This document shows, one piece after another, positions 60,208-64,000 of a DNA stretch of 64,000 nucleotides. The first letter of the stretch is position 1. The number at the start of each line of letters is the position of its first letter. Below the pieces are notes generated by a model that was not told the origin of the DNA, searched no databases, and worked only from the letters and a program-made list of their open reading frames with translations. The position numbers and the translations under genes were made by a program. The DNA is taken from NCBI GenBank assembly GCA_965649265.1, contig CBFGKC010000006.1, forward strand, positions 32,001 to 96,000, given 5' to 3'. The DNA is from a candidate division WOR-3 bacterium. GTDB taxonomy: Bacteria > Hydrothermota > Tepidihabitantia > B3-TA06.

Positions 60208-61512
60208 ATGAAAGCTTGTCTCAGAACAATCATCCTTGCCGGTTTTCTTGCTCTGCCGTTGCTTGCGAGAGCTGCAGCTTCCACCTATGCCGTGCTCGAA
60301 TTCGACGGCGCAATCGGCCCTGTTGCCGAGCGCTATATATCCAACGGAATAGACCGCGCGGTAGGGGAGGGGGTCTCGTTCATCCTCCTCGAACTCGATA
60401 CGCCCGGCGGACTCGACGAGTCCATGCGCGCCATAGTCAAAAAGATCCTCGCCTCGCCCGTGCCCGTCGTCGGCTACGTCTATCCCCAGGGTGCACGCGC
60501 GGCTTCGGCGGGCGTCTTCATCATGCTTGCTTGCAACGTGACGGCGATGGCACCCGGAACCAACATGGGCGCCGCACACCCGGTTAACCTGGGCGGGCAG
60601 CAGCCCGACTCGGTCATGATGGGCAAAATCGAGAACGATGCGGTGGCGTTCATTCGTTCGATAGCCGAGAGACGCGGCCGCGACGCGGACTGGGCGGAAA
60701 AATCCGTCCGCAAATCGGTATCCGTCTCAGCAGAGGAGGCCAAAAGGCTCGGCCTCGCCGATTATATCGCCTCGTCGCCCGAAGAACTCGTAAGGGCGCT
60801 CGACGGCCGCGTCGTCGAAACGTCCTCAGGCAAAGTAAAGCTAGAGACCGCCTACGCCCGCGAGGTAAAGGTCGGCATGCGCTGGTTCGAAAAACTCCTC
60901 GGAGTTCTCTCCAATCCCAACCTCGTCTACATCCTCATGATGATAGGCATCTACGGACTCATCGCGTGGGTGCAGAACCCCGGCTCGATATTCCCGGGTG
61001 TCATAGGCTTCATCGCGCTCGTGTTCGCGCTTTACGGGCTCCAGGTCCTGCCCGTCAATTACGCGGGACTGGCCCTCATAGGTCTTGCAATATTGCTCTT
61101 TATCCTGGAGGTGAAGGTCACCTCGCATGGAATGCTCGCAGTAGGAGGCATTGTGTCGTTGATTCTTGGAACCGTTATCATGTTTCAATCTGTCCCGGCA
61201 GCGTTCGGGATCTCGTGGCCGGTCATCATCATCGTCATCGCGATAGTAGCCGCGCTTCTGGCGCTCATCGTCTACCTTGCCGCGCGCGCGCACGTCCGCA
61301 GACCCACGACGGGAGAGCAGGGAATGATAGGCTGGACCGGCGAGGCTCGTTCCGACCTTTCCTTATCCGTCGAAGGCTCCGTCTACGTTCACGGCGAGTA
61401 CTGGACTGCGGTGCCCGCCGACTCGTCCACCAAAATCAAAAAGGGCGAGCGCGTCAAGGTCGTCGCCATGGACGGCATGGTGCTAAAAGTCGAGCCCGTA
61501 ACACACCCTTAG
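60208..61512 (+). CDS. nfeD: NfeD family membrane-bound ClpP-class serine protease (long form)
   Basis: LDTPGG, ARAASAG, MAPGTNMGAAHPV, TM region, C-terminal OB fold GSVYVHGEYWTA. Confidence 0.92.
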   Translation: MKACLRTIILAGFLALPLLARAAASTYAVLEFDGAIGPVAERYISNGIDRAVGEGVSFILLELDTPGGLDESMRAIVKKILASPVPVVGYVYPQGARAASAGVFIMLACNVTAMAPGTNMGAAHPVNLGGQQPDSVMMGKIENDAVAFIRSIAERRGRDADWAEKSVRKSVSVSAEEAKRLGLADYIASSPEELVRALDGRVVETSSGKVKLETAYAREVKVGMRWFEKLLGVLSNPNLVYILMMIGIYGLIAWVQNPGSIFPGVIGFIALVFALYGLQVLPVNYAGLALIGLAILLFILEVKVTSHGMLAVGGIVSLILGTVIMFQSVPAAFGISWPVIIIVIAIVAALLALIVYLAARAHVRRPTTGEQGMIGWTGEARSDLSLSVEGSVYVHGEYWTAVPADSSTKIKKGERVKVVAMDGMVLKVEPVTHP

Positions 61513-61597
61513 GGCAAACACAACGGCGCTTTTCTGTTTTGAGGATGAGGGGACGTCAATAAATTTTTGTCTCAAGAAGCTTCAATAGCGGAAAACA

Positions 61598-61827
61598 CCC
61601 TCTCCTTTCGGGAGAGGTGCGCTCCAAAGGAGCGCTGGGTGAGGGAAGCCCCCCTTTATTAAGGGGGGGAGGGGGTTAGCACACCTTGTCATTGCGAGGC
61701 TTCCCTGGGAAGACAAAGCAATCTATTCCCGGAGGGAATGTACATTATAAGGAGCATTCACTTCGTACCCCAGGGGTACTCGTGAATAGATTGCTTCGGT
61801 CGCTCACAGCGACACTCGCAACGACAA
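61598..61827. repeat. Cluster of REP-like palindromes
   Basis: CCTCTCC-tttcg-GGAGAGG, GCGCTCC-aaa-GGAGCGC, C6-TTTATTAA-G6, and nested TTGTCATTGCGAG...AAGCAATCTATTC...GAATAGATTGCTT...CTCGCAACGACAA (61686-61827). Confidence 0.75.
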
Positions 61828-61846
61828 ACGAGGGAGTTGTCAAGGT

Positions 61847-63613
61847 TCAGGAACGATAAACATGCTCAGACAGTTTGTCTAGGGTAGGAATAATGTCATA
61901 CCACTCTTTCGTATTAGCAAGATGATAAAGAATCGAAATAACCGTATTTAGCCTTTTATGGAATCTGTCAGATGTTCTGTAATCCTTATTTTCAAATTCT
62001 CTGAGACTTTTCTCGAAAGCACTGACTATTGCAATAACAAGTTTTCTGTCGAAGAGACCTTCGTCTTTTTGGAGGAGTATCCTTGCCAGATAGGCTAAAT
62101 AGAAAGATAATTCTTTAAGTGCTTTTAAAGGTATTGGACATTGGTTATAAACAATGGCGTTTGAGAATTCTTGCACAGCATTTTTAACGGCATTAAATTT
62201 TTCGTGTTTGATAAGAAGAAATGCGAAGATGTATGACTGAAGATACAATTTCCTAGCATCTTCATCCCAAACATCTCCAAAAAGTTGTGGATCAACAAAG
62301 CTAAGGCAACGGTTTCCGAATCTTATTAGACTCTCCAAAAACCACCCTTGGTTCCTAGGAAGATTATCTGTATCTTTCAGGAACTTCATAAGGTATTTTA
62401 ATGTATTGATTGCGTTAAAGGTTTTAGTCAAATGCACTTTTTTGGGTCCATCGTCTTTCTTTATGCAGGCTGATAATAATTCAATAAAAGTGGAAGTAAT
62501 ATTACCTTCATAGCTCTCTCTAATGAAGCCTAGCAGAAGAAGCTCTGTTCGATCCAGAAACGCGTTTAAGTGTTCGTGCCACCCTCTTTCTATGTGATTG
62601 TTATAAATCCTCAACTCGGTAGACAAGAACATATATCTTGCCGTTTTAGCATTCTTATCATCTTCCGTCTCGTTTTCTAATTTATAATCAGTTAAATTAA
62701 CACAAGCACGAGCACAGTGCATAGAAAGGTCTTCTAATTTGTCACTAGTGCAGAATATTTCAATTTCTGAGATTAAAAATGCGACATCTTCACAAGTCTG
62801 ATAAAAATGCCTATCAAATGCTTCCTTGGCGATTCTTTCGCTTTGATCAACGATAATACGAGGTGCGCGGCGATTCTGCAAGACTTCTTCGCATACTTCT
62901 ATGAATCTTTCTCTCATCTTAGATTTATATTTATTCCATAAAGGAAGTGAAATTTTTCCAGCAGTACCGTACTCTTCAAGCGATAATGTAAAATCCATAA
63001 GTGCTTTTTGAACTATCTCGAAAGCCTCAAAGTTGAGGTCATTGAACGCGCCCATGCCAATATTTTCTAATACGTTTATAAGTTCATCAGTTTTTCCTTC
63101 CCGTTCTTTTTCTCTGTGCTTGACGTTGGATATTTCCTTAAGTGCCTTATCCTTGAGTTTAACAATAACCTGCCCAATGTTCATGCGCTTCTTCAAATCA
63201 AGGAAGAAGGGAATTAATAAAACAACCATCACTGAACCATAGGCGAATGAAATAAATGACCCCAAACCATTTGGTTTACTAAGGAATGCCAAAGGGATAA
63301 TGATAGAAGCAGCAAAGAGGATCATGTAGCCGATTACCCATTTGTTAAAGATGATCTGCATTGTTCTATGGGTGTACTTAGTTACGAATTGAGTGGCAAT
63401 CAGGGTAATTGAAAAAACAAGGGCAAACAACGCCGCAAGCACCTGAGCGGTTGCGCTAAGAAGGTATTTGTGAGTATCAGGAAATTCAGCTTTCGTATTT
63501 AGCCAAGCCCACAAGCTGTGACGAGTCAGGAAGACGACGACTGCAATCATAAGGATTGCAATAACCCCTATCCCGATCAAAAACGCTTTGTTGAACCTCC
63601 TGCCGTTACTCAT
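61847..63613 (-). CDS. AT-rich membrane protein (DUF2254-like N-terminal TM domain)
   Basis: YLLSATAQVLAALFALVFSITLIATQ..KYT and further TM helices, long helical C-terminus; start placed at ATG 63613. Confidence 0.7.
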   Translation of the reverse strand: MSNGRRFNKAFLIGIGVIAILMIAVVVFLTRHSLWAWLNTKAEFPDTHKYLLSATAQVLAALFALVFSITLIATQFVTKYTHRTMQIIFNKWVIGYMILFAASIIIPLAFLSKPNGLGSFISFAYGSVMVVLLIPFFLDLKKRMNIGQVIVKLKDKALKEISNVKHREKEREGKTDELINVLENIGMGAFNDLNFEAFEIVQKALMDFTLSLEEYGTAGKISLPLWNKYKSKMRERFIEVCEEVLQNRRAPRIIVDQSERIAKEAFDRHFYQTCEDVAFLISEIEIFCTSDKLEDLSMHCARACVNLTDYKLENETEDDKNAKTARYMFLSTELRIYNNHIERGWHEHLNAFLDRTELLLLGFIRESYEGNITSTFIELLSACIKKDDGPKKVHLTKTFNAINTLKYLMKFLKDTDNLPRNQGWFLESLIRFGNRCLSFVDPQLFGDVWDEDARKLYLQSYIFAFLLIKHEKFNAVKNAVQEFSNAIVYNQCPIPLKALKELSFYLAYLARILLQKDEGLFDRKLVIAIVSAFEKSLREFENKDYRTSDRFHKRLNTVISILYHLANTKEWYDIIPTLDKLSEHVYRS

Positions 63614-63618
63614 GGTTG

Positions 63619-63646
63619 ATGATAGGCTGGGGGAGTGGGATGTCAA
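63619..63646 (-). promoter_or_regulatory. Promoter (TTGACA-N16-TATCAT), likely leaderless
   Basis: ATG 5 nt after the -10 box. Confidence 0.65.
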
Positions 63647-63707
63647 GAAACTCCACCCCGCAAATCTGCTCCGCATACGTTCGGGGACCTCAACACCCCC
63701 ACCCTAC

Positions 63708-63860
63708 CCTCCCCCGTCAAAGGGGAGGTAATTAAGGAGCATTTTCGTCTTGACGAAAATAGATGGCTCCCTTCGTTCGCCCCTCGGACTCATGTCGCTT
63801 CGCTCCTCAGAATGACATTTTTCCCCTCGGCGGCGTCCGATCCCCCCTTATTAAGGGGGG
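63708..63860. repeat. Second cluster of REP-like palindromes
   Basis: CCTCCCC-N7-GGGGAGG, CTTCGCTCCTCAGAATGACA, C6-TTATTAA-G6 (matches 61649). Confidence 0.6.
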
Positions 63861-63867
63861 CGTAATA

Positions 63868-64000
63868 CACCCCAAAAACACCCGAAAAAGCCCAAAAATG
63901 ACCCAAAATCTGCGGAATTGGTTTTTGGCTCCTAATCCTCGAACCCGCTCAGTTTATCTCAATTTGTCCCACTTTTTTGGGGATTTTTTTGTCCCACTTT
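63868..64000. repeat. Phased CCC-A-tract repeats and a TTTGTCCCACTTT direct repeat
   Basis: CCC(A/G)AAA at 63871, 63881, 63891 and 63902; 13-mer at 63963 and 63988. Confidence 0.7.

Noticed and set aside
620-61562. Numerous antisense and alternate-frame ORFs (e.g. 620-1330, 1912-2937, 14218-15396, 16272-17330, 35718-36377)
   Set aside because: Shadows of well-supported genes, with no motifs or translation signals

Overview
Bacterial chromosome segment from an anaerobic diderm. An FCB-related candidate lineage such as WOR-3/TA06 is my inference, from the T9SS-type C-terminal domain, a PorV homolog and an FCB-style SecA insertion. The left and middle carry housekeeping genes (pstB-phoU, secA-ddl, nadB, grpE-dnaK-dnaJ-rsmE-rpsU-mutS2-dnaG-rpoD, accA), a trimeric NAD-linked [FeFe]-hydrogenase with hydGFE maturases, and tRNA-Arg(ACG)-tadA-tRNA-Ser. 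The right third is accessory: a TetR-controlled LolCDE/LolA-like ABC system, lipoproteins, tandem SDRs, nfeD and an AT-rich gene flanked by REP-like palindromes. Three signals stand out. (1) A complete mercury-methylation pair, hgcA-hgcB, heads a tight operon with an adenosine deaminase, a phosphotransferase and a SAM-dependent methyltransferase. (2) Fifteen sigma70-like promoters all have a 16-bp rather than 17-bp spacer, about half apparently leaderless, alongside a divergent RpoD. (3) A CCCGTAACA(CACC) motif forms a ~121-bp tandem array and also occurs inside dnaG, hgcB and nfeD. All calls are by eye from sequence and protein motifs; no searches were run.
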